Shown in pieces: positions 19,440 to 29,396 of a DNA stretch of 64,000 nucleotides. The notes below the pieces were generated by a model. The model had not been told where the DNA came from, ran no database searches, and saw nothing but the letters and a program-made list of their open reading frames with translations. The translations under genes and the position numbers were made by a program. Origin of the DNA: Caldisericota bacterium (GTDB lineage Bacteria; Caldisericota; Caldisericia; JAAYUI01); assembly GCA_029548865.1 (NCBI GenBank), contig JAKPMO010000024.1:32001-96000 (forward strand), read 5' to 3'. How positions within the stretch are numbered: the first letter of the stretch is position 1; every line of letters starts with the position of its first letter.

Positions 19440-20749
19440 CAGAATTTCCCCTTGATGATTTCTTCGAGGGTCGGCTTTCCAAACACGCCAAGCTCATATC
19501 CTACTCTGACAATTGGTTTATTGGTTTTGAGGACCCTGGTTATATCGATTGGCGTTGCAGAGACAACAACATCGCATGGCACTGCATCGATAGTCTCTTT
19601 GAGGTCCTTGATCTGTTCTGGTGAATAACCCATTGCTGGAAGTACATTTTCAACGTGGCAGTACTTTTCGAATGTTGCAGCGATAGAACCAACTGCAAAT
19701 GGCTTCGGTGCGATTATTTCTCCGGCTCCTGCTTTTCTTGCGGCGACGAATCCTGCGCCGAAAGTCATTTCGCCATGAGTGAGTGTTGGGCCATCTTCGA
19801 CAACCAAGACCCTCTTGCCCTTAATCAATTCTGGTTTTTCAACAAAAACTGGTGAGGTTGCTTCAACAATCATGGCCTTTGGATTGCGCTGGAAGATGTT
19901 GCTTCTGACGATTTCAACGTCCTCTGGGTATGCCGAGTCGATCTTGTTGATTACGACAGTATCGGCAATCAGAAGGTTTGCCTCTCCGGGATGATAGGAT
20001 ATTTCATGGCCTGGCCTGAGTGGATCAACTACCACGATGGCAAGATTCGGCATGATGAATGGCAGATCATTGTTTCCACCGTCCCAGATAACGATATCAG
20101 CTTCTTTTTCTGCTTCCTTGAGAATGGCGCCATAATCAACGCCAGAGTAGATTACTGCTCCAAGATCGATGTGTGGCTCGTATTCTTCTCTCTCTTCAAT
20201 GGTACATTTGTGGGTATCAAGATCAGCATAAGTTGCAAATCTCTGGACAGCCTGCTTTGCAAGGTCGCCGTAAGGCATTGGATGTCTTATTGAAACAACC
20301 TTTTTGCCCATACCACGGAGGACTTCAATAACAGCTCTGGTGGTCTGACTCTTGCCACAACCAGTCCTGACGGCAGTAACCGAGATGACCGGCTTTGAAG
20401 ACTTGAGGGCGGTCTTTTGCCATCCAGCGAGCACAAAATCTGCTCCATTGGCAATGACCATCGAGCCCTTGTTCATGACAACTTCGTGTGGCTGGTCTGA
20501 GTAGGCGAACATGACTTCATCGGCCTTGAGGTCTTTTATGAGGCGTGGAAGCTCCGATTCGTCATAAATCGGTATTCCATTTGGATAAAGCTTACCTGTA
20601 AGTTCAACCGGATATTTTCTTCCAGCTATGTCCGGGATTTGTGTGGCCGTAAAAGCAACAACTTCATAATCCGGATTGTCTCTAAAGAGCATATTGAAGT
20701 TGTGGAAATCTCTTCCAGCGGCACCCATGATGATTACTTTTCTAGCCAT
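19439..20749 (-). CDS. P-loop protein of the cyclic-2,3-diphosphoglycerate-synthetase-like 'GTPase' family; likely arginine synthetase (ArcE)
   Basis: IMGAAGRDFHNFN, AFTATQIP, VRTGCGKSQT, RHPMPYG, TIEEREEYEPH, WDGGNND, EDGPTLTHG; translationally coupled to OTC. Confidence 0.8.
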   Translation of the reverse strand: MARKVIIMGAAGRDFHNFNMLFRDNPDYEVVAFTATQIPDIAGRKYPVELTGKLYPNGIPIYDESELPRLIKDLKADEVMFAYSDQPHEVVMNKGSMVIANGADFVLAGWQKTALKSSKPVISVTAVRTGCGKSQTTRAVIEVLRGMGKKVVSIRHPMPYGDLAKQAVQRFATYADLDTHKCTIEEREEYEPHIDLGAVIYSGVDYGAILKEAEKEADIVIWDGGNNDLPFIMPNLAIVVVDPLRPGHEISYHPGEANLLIADTVVINKIDSAYPEDVEIVRSNIFQRNPKAMIVEATSPVFVEKPELIKGKRVLVVEDGPTLTHGEMTFGAGFVAARKAGAGEIIAPKPFAVGSIAATFEKYCHVENVLPAMGYSPEQIKDLKETIDAVPCDVVVSATPIDITRVLKTNKPIVRVGYELGVFGKPTLEEIIKGKF

Positions 20750-20754
20750 TGTTA

Positions 20755-21069
20755 TTATGCCTCCACTATTTCTTTAATTTTAAGCTGCGTGTATTCCTGG
20801 CGATGGCCTTTCCTCCTGCGATGATTGGTCTTGTGCCTGTAGAAAAACACGACGAGCTTTCTTCCTTTACCATGGCTCATCACTTGGGCAACAACCTTGG
20901 CATTATTGATGAACGGCTTGCCAACATTTATGTTGCCATTGTTTTCGATGAGCGTTACCTGATCGAGGGCGTAATCCTCGCCAACTTTGGCATCCAGATG
21001 CTCGACCTTTATTGTGTCGCCTGCAGCGACTTTATACTGTTTTCCACCTGTTTTAATAATTGCGTACAT
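20755..21069 (-). CDS. rplU: 50S ribosomal protein L21
   Basis: MYAIIKTGGKQYKV, GHRQEYT. Confidence 0.98.
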   Translation of the reverse strand: MYAIIKTGGKQYKVAAGDTIKVEHLDAKVGEDYALDQVTLIENNGNINVGKPFINNAKVVAQVMSHGKGRKLVVFFYRHKTNHRRRKGHRQEYTQLKIKEIVEA

Positions 21070-21147
21070 GGGTCCTCCATTTCAATAGTTCCAACTTAAT
21101 AAGGCTATCTGATAGGTAATTCTTGTCAAGAAAAAAGGTTTGATAAT

Positions 21148-23619
21148 TTACCAGTCGTCGGGATATTTTGGGCGTTGTCCAAAACAACTCAATCTGTGAT
21201 CTGTTGTTGCGACCAAAACACATACAAAACCATTGTCATACACAGATGGCGATGCAACCACTGACCCTGTAAGTTTTTCAGACCAGAGTGGTTTGCCTGT
21301 TTTGGCGTCAACCATAAAAAACATCCCCGAATCAGAACCTGCAAAGATCACTGGTAACTGGGCGCAATTTATAAGTATGGGGCTCGACCTCATTGATTCA
21401 TCAATTTTCAAGCTCCACTGAAGACTGTTTTTGAAAGAATATATCCAGCCTGATCTTCCTTCGTAAATGACTCTGCAACCAGTCTGGTCAAGAATGGCCG
21501 ATGAAGTAAGCTGGTGTTCGGTGCTTTGTTTAAAAAAGACGTATGGTTTCTGCCCCCAGGCAAAAAAGTGCAAACCATAAAAATTGCCATCCTTGGCTCC
21601 AGTCATAACTGTTGCTCCATCACAAACCGGGGTGGCCTCAATTGATGATTCAGTTTTGAATTCTGACAGTATTTGCCCTGTCGAGCATTGCACACACAAA
21701 ATCCTGTTGTTGGAAACGCCAACATACAGCACTTTTTGCACTGGTTCCTGGTCGCTGTATCTTACAAACTGGTTGTAATCTACGGTTGGTGCACCATAAG
21801 ACCACCCACCAAGATCAATTGTCCATTTTATCATTGGTGCGAGAGACAGGGCATTGAACATATAAAGTTTTCTGTCTCCAGAACCTATCACAACACAACC
21901 ATAATGGTCGGTGTCTGACTGGAAAACTGTTGGTGAACCATCAATCGGACCCGCTGTTTGGTATTCCCATATCACTTGGCCTGTATTTGTATCCATACAG
22001 TAAAATTTGCCATTCTGATCACCAAAAAATAGTCTTTCTCTGTAGATTGCCGGCGAAGATCTTATTTTACCGGATGTTTTGAATTTCCATACAAGAGAGC
22101 CATCACTCACGGCTATCTTGTACATGCTGCCATCATCACAACCAATATAGGCATAACCATTTTTTGAGAAACATGGCGTTGAGTATACCGCTTCTTTCAG
22201 ATCAACCTGCCACTGCAAGATAAATGGGAATTTGTCAATGGGTTTAATGTCCATGGCTGACGTCCCATTGTGTTTTTGATCTCCCCGGAACATCGTCCAG
22301 ACTTTCTTCTCCTGATACCCATAAAAAACCTGCTCTGGCGATTCCCGTGGAAAACTGAGGCAAGTTCCCCATATCGATACTTCCTCATCATCCTGGGACA
22401 GTTGATCTTCCCATACAATAAAATCACCGTAGATCCTTGGATTTCTTTGATCACCTATACCTTTTGCAACACAATATGTCTGGCCAGTGGACAGATTGAA
22501 GGCCATTATGTCAGAACCGAACCTGTCAGATCCAGTAATCACCTCATAAATAACATACTGCCCGTCTGCACAGACATTCCTGTAATTGCCTGGCTCCGTT
22601 GTTACCGTTATCATCTTACTTGTCAACACATCATAACCCTTAATAATCGGTCTGATTACACCAGCAAAGTTGGGCTCGGTGTCCTCATACCAGAAAACAT
22701 ACCTGTCGGCACCAATCACAAGGCCATACTCCCTGTTCAGATTTGTAGAGATTGTAAGGGTCTTTTTCGTCGCTATGTTGTAACCGTAAATATCGGTCTG
22801 CCTCGAATCTGGGGTTTCCTGCGAATTCCTATTGTCTAACCATACAACAACGTCTCTTACCATTTTGGGAGTGATTTGGTCGCCAAAATCATTACAGACT
22901 GGGATTATTTTTTTATTCGAACAGTTAAAAAGCTGAATATCCCAGTCGCCTCTTGGATTTTTTACGGTCATCGCAACAAAATTGCCAAAGAGTTCACCTG
23001 TCCCAGGGGTATCAAATTGTTTTACGAGGAACTCCTCGCCACCTTCAGAAGGTAGACCATAAATGGCAAAAGACATTGAATTTTCGTTGCCTTTAGGAAC
23101 ATCCCTCCAGTCTCTCCAGATTACAAAATTTTCAGAAATCTGGGGATTGTCCTGCTTATTTTTTTCCTTGCACACATAGTCAGTAGTGCCCTTTTTGAAA
23201 TCAAAAATCTTTATGTCGTAGTTGTCAACCCTCAGTCTGTCAGTATTCTCCGCCCAGACAAGCCTGTTTCTGTACTGTGCCCTAGCCCCAGATTTTTTTG
23301 CGTAATTTGGTGTTGCTTTTTCTTCACCACGGACCAGATCCATCATGTAGATACGAGGCATTATCTTGCCCTCGCGATCATGCAGTCTGGTATCGAGCCA
23401 GCTCATATAACCACCATGAATCAGCGGAGCATTCTGCGTATGCTCGTAGTTTGTCAGCTTTCTGGGTTGGAAATTTGAATATATCATCCTCTTCGTGATA
23501 CCAGCATTAGAGTTCGGTATTGTCCAGAAATCATGAGGAGAAATTAAAATTGCCATCAAAAAGAAAATAAGCCAGCACAAGGCCGGCCTGTTACTTAAAT
23601 GGCGATTGCAGGATGGCAT
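21148..23619 (-). CDS. Secreted double beta-propeller protein: N-terminal Methanosarcina-type/TolB-like repeats + C-terminal PQQ/BamB-like repeats
   Basis: Repeats QDNPQISENFVIW, QITPKMVRDVVVW, QRNPRIYGDFIVWED; then WKFKTSGKIRSSP, WEYQTAGPIDGSP. Confidence 0.75.
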   Translation of the reverse strand: MPSCNRHLSNRPALCWLIFFLMAILISPHDFWTIPNSNAGITKRMIYSNFQPRKLTNYEHTQNAPLIHGGYMSWLDTRLHDREGKIMPRIYMMDLVRGEEKATPNYAKKSGARAQYRNRLVWAENTDRLRVDNYDIKIFDFKKGTTDYVCKEKNKQDNPQISENFVIWRDWRDVPKGNENSMSFAIYGLPSEGGEEFLVKQFDTPGTGELFGNFVAMTVKNPRGDWDIQLFNCSNKKIIPVCNDFGDQITPKMVRDVVVWLDNRNSQETPDSRQTDIYGYNIATKKTLTISTNLNREYGLVIGADRYVFWYEDTEPNFAGVIRPIIKGYDVLTSKMITVTTEPGNYRNVCADGQYVIYEVITGSDRFGSDIMAFNLSTGQTYCVAKGIGDQRNPRIYGDFIVWEDQLSQDDEEVSIWGTCLSFPRESPEQVFYGYQEKKVWTMFRGDQKHNGTSAMDIKPIDKFPFILQWQVDLKEAVYSTPCFSKNGYAYIGCDDGSMYKIAVSDGSLVWKFKTSGKIRSSPAIYRERLFFGDQNGKFYCMDTNTGQVIWEYQTAGPIDGSPTVFQSDTDHYGCVVIGSGDRKLYMFNALSLAPMIKWTIDLGGWSYGAPTVDYNQFVRYSDQEPVQKVLYVGVSNNRILCVQCSTGQILSEFKTESSIEATPVCDGATVMTGAKDGNFYGLHFFAWGQKPYVFFKQSTEHQLTSSAILDQTGCRVIYEGRSGWIYSFKNSLQWSLKIDESMRSSPILINCAQLPVIFAGSDSGMFFMVDAKTGKPLWSEKLTGSVVASPSVYDNGFVCVLVATTDHRLSCFGQRPKYPDDW

Positions 23620-23673
23620 TTAATTACTAATTTTAGATACTGGAGTTCAATAATGCAATAGCTCCAATGTTTC

Positions 23674-25167
23674 TTAGACCCTCGCTCTTTTCCAGCTGCC
23701 TTTTCGAACCAGGAAGGTGTTAGTGATTGTGGACATAATTGCGGAAAATATGCCAATATAGAATATCCACACATAACCCTGATCGAAAACTTTTACTGCC
23801 AGATAGACAAGGAGAATATTAAACAGCCAGTTGTTCACTTGGCCAAATATTGACGGCCACATTGTGTATCCTGACCCTTCAAATACAGCCCAGAGCATCC
23901 ATTGTGCGGCATTTATCATATTCCCAATCATAGAAAGCGCAAAAACACTTTTTCCAACCGCAATTACTGCTGGGTCTTTATTAAATACCCAAAAAATCTG
24001 TGGGGCAAAAAAATACCCGACAACAACCATTACAAAACCAAGGCAAACTCCTATTAGTACAGAATACCAGCCAGTCTTTTCCGACCTTTCCGGCTTTTTT
24101 GCGCCCAGGTTCTGACCAACCAAGGCCGAGGTCGCCTGCTGGAGACCAAGCAATGGAAGATTTACCAGCCCCGCAACTTTTCCACCTATTCCAAAAGCGG
24201 TAACTACACTCTGGCCGAAATTTGAAATAAGATTCATGAAAATTATCTGCGAGCTTGAACCAACAAATTGCGTAACAGTAGGCGTAAAACCAATCCTTAG
24301 ATAATTTATCAATATCTGGAAGTCCGGTTTAAACAATCTCCCAAAAACAATTTTTATTCCACCTTTTTCAAAATGGAACTTCCAATATGGTATTCTGATG
24401 AAATATTTGTAGTAATCACCTTTCTTGTATGGCAACGCGAGGAATGTAAATCTTGATATTTTGAATTTTAAGCCATTGCAAAGCATATATATTCCGATTG
24501 TCACAGCATAGACATACGCAAGAACTGTCGCCAATGCGGCACCAACAATTCCCATTTTGGGTATCGGACCAAAACCATGAATAAAAAGGGGATCAATTAC
24601 AATGTTGACAAGCGAAGACGTGGCAATAACAAACATGCTTGATTCAGCATCAGAACAACACCTAAAAATTGTATTTATCGTGTAGTAAACGAAGATTAGT
24701 GGCAACGCAGCTACAATAAACCATCCGTATAACAAGGCCAAGTCAAAAGTGCTACAAGCACAACCGACAACAAGATCAGTTTGTGCACCAGCAAATCTCA
24801 CAAGATAGGGAAGAGTAAACAAACTTATGATCGTACCAGCCAGACCAGCTAAAAATTTATAAAGGATTGTTTGTTCAGAAGCCCATGCAGCCTTTTCATA
24901 ATCCTTGGCTCCCCAAAACCTCGAAATGACCGTTATAGATCCAGGCCCAAAAATCGAATTCAACATTTGCATAAATGAATTGGCGACATTAAAAAAGAGT
25001 ATCCCTGCCTGGGCCTGTGTGGCCAGCACTCCACCAAGCGTGCCTATCCAGAACATGTCTACTACATCATAAAGGTTTTCGAAGAGTCTCCCGAGAGCAC
25101 CTGGCCATGATAGTTTTACTAAGTTTTTGAAAATGCTGCCCTCAGTGAGGTCGTGGCTTGGGTCCAT
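23674..25167 (-). CDS. MATE family efflux transporter
   Basis: DLTEGSIFKNL, YDVVDMFWIG, NIVIDPLFI, MGIVGAALAT, VGQNLGA. Confidence 0.9.
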   Translation of the reverse strand: MDPSHDLTEGSIFKNLVKLSWPGALGRLFENLYDVVDMFWIGTLGGVLATQAQAGILFFNVANSFMQMLNSIFGPGSITVISRFWGAKDYEKAAWASEQTILYKFLAGLAGTIISLFTLPYLVRFAGAQTDLVVGCACSTFDLALLYGWFIVAALPLIFVYYTINTIFRCCSDAESSMFVIATSSLVNIVIDPLFIHGFGPIPKMGIVGAALATVLAYVYAVTIGIYMLCNGLKFKISRFTFLALPYKKGDYYKYFIRIPYWKFHFEKGGIKIVFGRLFKPDFQILINYLRIGFTPTVTQFVGSSSQIIFMNLISNFGQSVVTAFGIGGKVAGLVNLPLLGLQQATSALVGQNLGAKKPERSEKTGWYSVLIGVCLGFVMVVVGYFFAPQIFWVFNKDPAVIAVGKSVFALSMIGNMINAAQWMLWAVFEGSGYTMWPSIFGQVNNWLFNILLVYLAVKVFDQGYVWIFYIGIFSAIMSTITNTFLVRKGSWKRARV

Positions 25168-25299
25168 AATAGAGAGAGATTTTATGCAGTTTGGACAATG
25201 CTAACAAGGAACCCTAAAAAGATAATGTTAAAAGAGTGTTTTCAGTTTGTGATTTTTTCATGTCTGGATTAGAGAAGAATGTTTCTATATAATGAAATT

Positions 25300-25653
25300 G
25301 TGCATGAACTTGGTATAGCAAGAAACGTCCTCGAGATAATAATAGGCGAAGCCGACCAGAGAGGCAGAAGAGCAAAATCTGTCTTTTTGAAAATTGGCCA
25401 GATATCCGGCATTGTGCCAGAATCACTCGAATTCCTGATGAAATGCCTTTCTGAAGGAACTCCAGTAGAGGGCCTCGAGGTAAAAATCGATATCGTCAAA
25501 CCAGTGATGGTTTGCAAGTCATGCGGCGAGAAATTCACCGTAGAGGAGCTTTCATTCTATTGCCCCAAGTGCGGGGGTGGCGATTGTGAAACCATTGAGG
25601 GCAAGGATCTTGTAATAGAAACAATTACACTGGAGGGCGACAATGGACCTTGA
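25300..25653 (+). CDS. hypA: Hydrogenase maturation nickel metallochaperone HypA
   Basis: GTG start gives the N-terminal MHE Ni-binding motif; CKSC and CPKC Zn motifs. Confidence 0.92.
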   Translation: MHELGIARNVLEIIIGEADQRGRRAKSVFLKIGQISGIVPESLEFLMKCLSEGTPVEGLEVKIDIVKPVMVCKSCGEKFTVEELSFYCPKCGGGDCETIEGKDLVIETITLEGDNGP

Positions 25654-26329
25654 ACTATCAAGAAAAGTTGACTTCAGGCACGAAGAAATAGCTTCAAGGA
25701 TAAAAGAAAAGCTCTATAAAAATGGCACCCTCTGCCTCAATTTTATAAGTTCTCCGGGTTCAGGAAAAACCTCGCTACTTGAAAGAACACTGGATGCGCT
25801 CAAGGAAACATACAATCTGGCAGTCATAGAGGGTGATCCTGAGACAGACAGGGACGCAAGGAGGCTGGAAAAACTCCATGTGCCAGTGATACTCATCAAC
25901 ACATCCGGAACCGGGGCGTCTTGTCATCTTTCTCCGGCTGAAATTGAGCAAGCAATAGACGATCTCCTCCTTGAAACACCACCACCAGACATAATCTTCA
26001 TCGAGAACGTCGGTAACCTTGTCTGTCCCGCCGCTTACGATCTGGGGGAACATCACAAAGTTTTGTTGTTTTCAGTACCTGAGGGTTGTGATAAACCAGC
26101 AAAATACCCGGTGGCTTTCAGGGAGTCAGACCTCGTGCTGATAAATAAGATGGACCTTGCCCCATACTGTGACTTTGACCTTGAATCCTTGAAGAAAGAT
26201 GCCCTGTCTGTTAACCCTTCACTCGAATTTATTACAATGTCGATAAAAAAAGGTGATGGCCTTTCAGAGTGGTTTTCATGGATTGAGAAAAAACTTGGTG
26301 AAGTAAGAAAACGCACCAATAGTAAATAA
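25643..26329 (+). CDS. hypB: Hydrogenase nickel incorporation GTPase HypB
   Basis: SSPGSGKT, VIEGD, SCHL, ENVGNLVCPA, DKPAKYP, NKMD. Confidence 0.95.
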   Translation: MDLELSRKVDFRHEEIASRIKEKLYKNGTLCLNFISSPGSGKTSLLERTLDALKETYNLAVIEGDPETDRDARRLEKLHVPVILINTSGTGASCHLSPAEIEQAIDDLLLETPPPDIIFIENVGNLVCPAAYDLGEHHKVLLFSVPEGCDKPAKYPVAFRESDLVLINKMDLAPYCDFDLESLKKDALSVNPSLEFITMSIKKGDGLSEWFSWIEKKLGEVRKRTNSK

Positions 26330-26356
26330 AAAAAGGCCCCTTTGAGGGGCCTTTTT
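26330..26356. terminator. Bidirectional intrinsic terminator (hypB/hutU)
   Basis: AAAAAGGCCCCT-TTG-AGGGGCCTTTTT. Confidence 0.85.
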
Positions 26357-26376
26357 GATAGTCTGTATCTTTTTTA

Positions 26377-28074
26377 TCAGATTTCCCACATGGGGATCCT
26401 GACACCTTTTTTCTTTGCCACCTCGATTGCTTCCTCGTATCCGGCATCAACATGCCTAATGACACCCATCCCAGGATCAGCAATCAAAACTCTGTTCAAT
26501 CTCTTTGCCGCGGCATCAGTTCCATCAGCAACAGTCACCTGCCCAGCATGGACAGAGAAGCCTATACCAACCCCTCCGCCACCATGAACGGAGACCCATG
26601 AGGCACCGCAGGATGTGCTTGTCAAAGCATTAAGGATCGCCCAGTCGGCGACTGCATCGCTGCCATCTTTCATTCCCTCAGTTTCCCTGTTAGGAGAGGC
26701 TACTGAGCCACAGTCCAGATGGTCCCTTCCAAAAACTATCGGGGCCGAGATGATACCTTTTTTTACCATCTCGTTGACTGCAACACCAAACCTGTTTCTC
26801 TCGCCATATCCAAGCCAGCATATTCTTGAAGGGAGGCCTGGAATGTTTTTAAAATTGAGCTTTTCCCTGACCATCTTTATCCATCTGACAAGTGATTTGT
26901 CATCTTTGTACATGTTGAGAACGAGTTCATCCGTCCTGTAGATGTCTTCAGGGTCACCTGAAAGCGCGGCCCATCTGAACGGGCCCTTGCCTTCACAAAA
27001 TAACGGCCTGATGTAAGCTGGGACAAAACCCTTAAAAGAAAAAGCCTTCTCATAGGCAAGACCGGATTTTACAGCCTGCTGTCTTATGTTGTTTCCATAA
27101 TCGAAAGTTATTGATCCCATTCTCATGAGATCGGTCATTGCTTCAACATGCTTTCTGGCAGTCTGATAGGAAAACTCAAGATACTTCTTCGGATCAGAGG
27201 CCCTTAGTTTTAATGCTTCGCTGTAAGGCATGCCATTCGGAACATATCCTCCAAGCATGTCATGCGCAGAAGTTTGGTCTGTAAGCACTTCTGGGACGAA
27301 ATTTCTCTTGACAAACTCTGGCAGGACATCGGCACAGTTTGCAACAAGGCCAATGGAAACAGCCCTTCCTTCTTCCTTTGCCTTTTTGGCCATTGCAACA
27401 GCTTCATCAAGACTGTTGGTTTTACAGTCAAGATAACCTTCATTGATGCGCTGGTCTATCATTCCCTCGTCAACGTCAACAATGAGGCAGACACCCTCGT
27501 TCATGGTCACAGCAAGTGGCTGGGCACCACCCATCTGCCCGCATCCACCAGTCACCGTTATTGTACCCTTGAGTGTCCCACCAAAGTGTTTCTCGGCAAC
27601 AGCGGCAAGGGTATTGTATGTGCCCTGCAATATTCCCTGGGTACCTATGTAAATCCATGAGCCTGCAGTCATCTGGCCATACATCATCAGACCTTTTCTT
27701 TCAAGCTCGTCAAATTTTTCCTGTGTGCTCCAAAATGGAACAATCATCGAATTGGAGATGAGGACTCTTGGTGCATCCTCGTGTGTTTTGAATATGCCAA
27801 CCGGCTTTCCGGACTGGACAAGCAATGTTTCATCATTCTCAAGGCGCATGAGGGCCTTTACGATTGCGTCGTAGGCCTGCCAGCCTCTTGCTGCCCTTCC
27901 GGTCCCGCCATAGACAATGAGCTCTCTCCATTTTGTGGTCTGCTCCAGGTTGTTCTGGAGCATTCTCAATGCGGCTTCCTGGACCCAGCCCTTACATACA
28001 AGCTCTTTTCCCCTTCTTGCCTTTATCTGTTCGGCGGGCGCATCTTTTTCATAGGAAATATTGTATTGCGGCAT
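26377..28074 (-). CDS. hutU: Urocanate hydratase
   Basis: [57 protein letters not shown]; start taken at ATG 28074. Confidence 0.97.
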   Translation of the reverse strand: MPQYNISYEKDAPAEQIKARRGKELVCKGWVQEAALRMLQNNLEQTTKWRELIVYGGTGRAARGWQAYDAIVKALMRLENDETLLVQSGKPVGIFKTHEDAPRVLISNSMIVPFWSTQEKFDELERKGLMMYGQMTAGSWIYIGTQGILQGTYNTLAAVAEKHFGGTLKGTITVTGGCGQMGGAQPLAVTMNEGVCLIVDVDEGMIDQRINEGYLDCKTNSLDEAVAMAKKAKEEGRAVSIGLVANCADVLPEFVKRNFVPEVLTDQTSAHDMLGGYVPNGMPYSEALKLRASDPKKYLEFSYQTARKHVEAMTDLMRMGSITFDYGNNIRQQAVKSGLAYEKAFSFKGFVPAYIRPLFCEGKGPFRWAALSGDPEDIYRTDELVLNMYKDDKSLVRWIKMVREKLNFKNIPGLPSRICWLGYGERNRFGVAVNEMVKKGIISAPIVFGRDHLDCGSVASPNRETEGMKDGSDAVADWAILNALTSTSCGASWVSVHGGGGVGIGFSVHAGQVTVADGTDAAAKRLNRVLIADPGMGVIRHVDAGYEEAIEVAKKKGVRIPMWEI

Positions 28075-28076
28075 TA

Positions 28077-29396
28077 TCAGATCACCTTTTTCTTGCATAC
28101 ATAAGCAAAATCGCTTTGAGTGAATTCAATTTTTGTGTTCCCAAGGACAATGATGTCACCGTTTTTCAGCAGCACCGGGCCACTGATTTTTTTGTCATTT
28201 ACAAAAGTCCCGGAATCCGATTTCAGGTCGACAATAACAAAACCATCTCCAGTTTCACTTATTCTGGCATGTTCAGGTGAGACAGTCTCATCATCAATCA
28301 TGAAGTCGGCATCTTTTTTCGTTCCAAGCACAACGGAGCTTGTTCTGATCCTATAATGCTCAGTGTCTGACCCATAGAGGTTTATCCACGCTATGTAATG
28401 GACTTCACCTTCCTTGCGCTTCTTGACGACCTTCTCCCCAGGTTTGACTTTGTGTCTTAGCGCCCACATCAAAACAAAAACCAATGCAAAAACAAGCAGA
28501 ATGCCAAGCAAGATCCAAACCCAGAGAAGATTGACAGAACCCTTTATTTCAATCTGTTTTTTCTGTTCCAGAACATCTGGGCCAACAATACACTTTAGCG
28601 TTAGCTCAACCATCGAGCCCGGTTTTGCTTCTGGCAAGCTCCTAAAAGTCACAAGGTACGAATTTCCGAGGTCACCCCTGATTTGCCCAATAAAAGGAAC
28701 AATTTTTACAGTGTCAAAATCTGGAAGAAAGAGACCATTTGTCTGCTGGGCAAGATTTCTCAGATAAACAATGTCAATCCCGCCAGCAGGCGCAACGGTC
28801 ACAACAGGAAAATCCGGTTTTGTTGGCTTGTTGATGCTTTCGATATCATTCCCGTCAGATATGAGGAATATTATTCCTTTCTCTGAGTCAGGCCTCGAAT
28901 GCAACAGGTCGTTGCATTCAATTATTGCATCATTGATCCTGCTTATCTGCCCTTGGGCCCTCAACTTGCCCATCTGCAAAGCCGCTTCGGCTGGATTGCT
29001 GGAGAATTTTATGAGTGGCTCAATTTTTTCTGCAAAGGCCACGAGTGAGAATGTATCATTCTTTGTGAACAGGCCAGCTATTTTTGACAGCTGAATTTGC
29101 ATGGCCGGGAAGTTGTAATCAAGAGAGCCCGAAATATCAACACAAAACATGACATTTATTCTTGGCCCTTCTGATTCAAACGCCCTGGTTTCTGAAGATG
29201 AGTACACCTGGTTGTCATACTGGAGGCTGAATGCTGGTTGTTGCTGGTCCAGATTGAAAACTGTGCATTTGACATCAACAGCGGGCCATGAGGATGTATC
29301 AACCGAGTCAATAACAAGGCTGGGTTTGGCAAAGGCGGAAGGAATAGTGGCAAGAAGGACCACAAATAGGCAAGCCGCCAAAAATTTTTTCATCAA
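28077..29396 (-). CDS. Single-pass membrane protein: signal peptide, extracytoplasmic vWA domain, TM helix, cytoplasmic FHA domain
   Basis: MIDAS DISGS...[32 protein letters not shown]-like VSPEHARI...[11 protein letters not shown]...[10 protein letters not shown]. Confidence 0.85.
   Translation of the reverse strand: MMKKFLAACLFVVLLATIPSAFAKPSLVIDSVDTSSWPAVDVKCTVFNLDQQQPAFSLQYDNQVYSSSETRAFESEGPRINVMFCVDISGSLDYNFPAMQIQLSKIAGLFTKNDTFSLVAFAEKIEPLIKFSSNPAEAALQMGKLRAQGQISRINDAIIECNDLLHSRPDSEKGIIFLISDGNDIESINKPTKPDFPVVTVAPAGGIDIVYLRNLAQQTNGLFLPDFDTVKIVPFIGQIRGDLGNSYLVTFRSLPEAKPGSMVELTLKCIVGPDVLEQKKQIEIKGSVNLLWVWILLGILLVFALVFVLMWALRHKVKPGEKVVKKRKEGEVHYIAWINLYGSDTEHYRIRTSSVVLGTKKDADFMIDDETVSPEHARISETGDGFVIVDLKSDSGTFVNDKKISGPVLLKNGDIIVLGNTKIEFTQSDFAYVCKKKVI

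Noticed and set aside
19439..20749. Literal cyclic 2,3-diphosphoglycerate synthetase call
   Set aside because: No 2-phosphoglycerate kinase neighbour; coupling to OTC fits arginine synthetase better, though not proven
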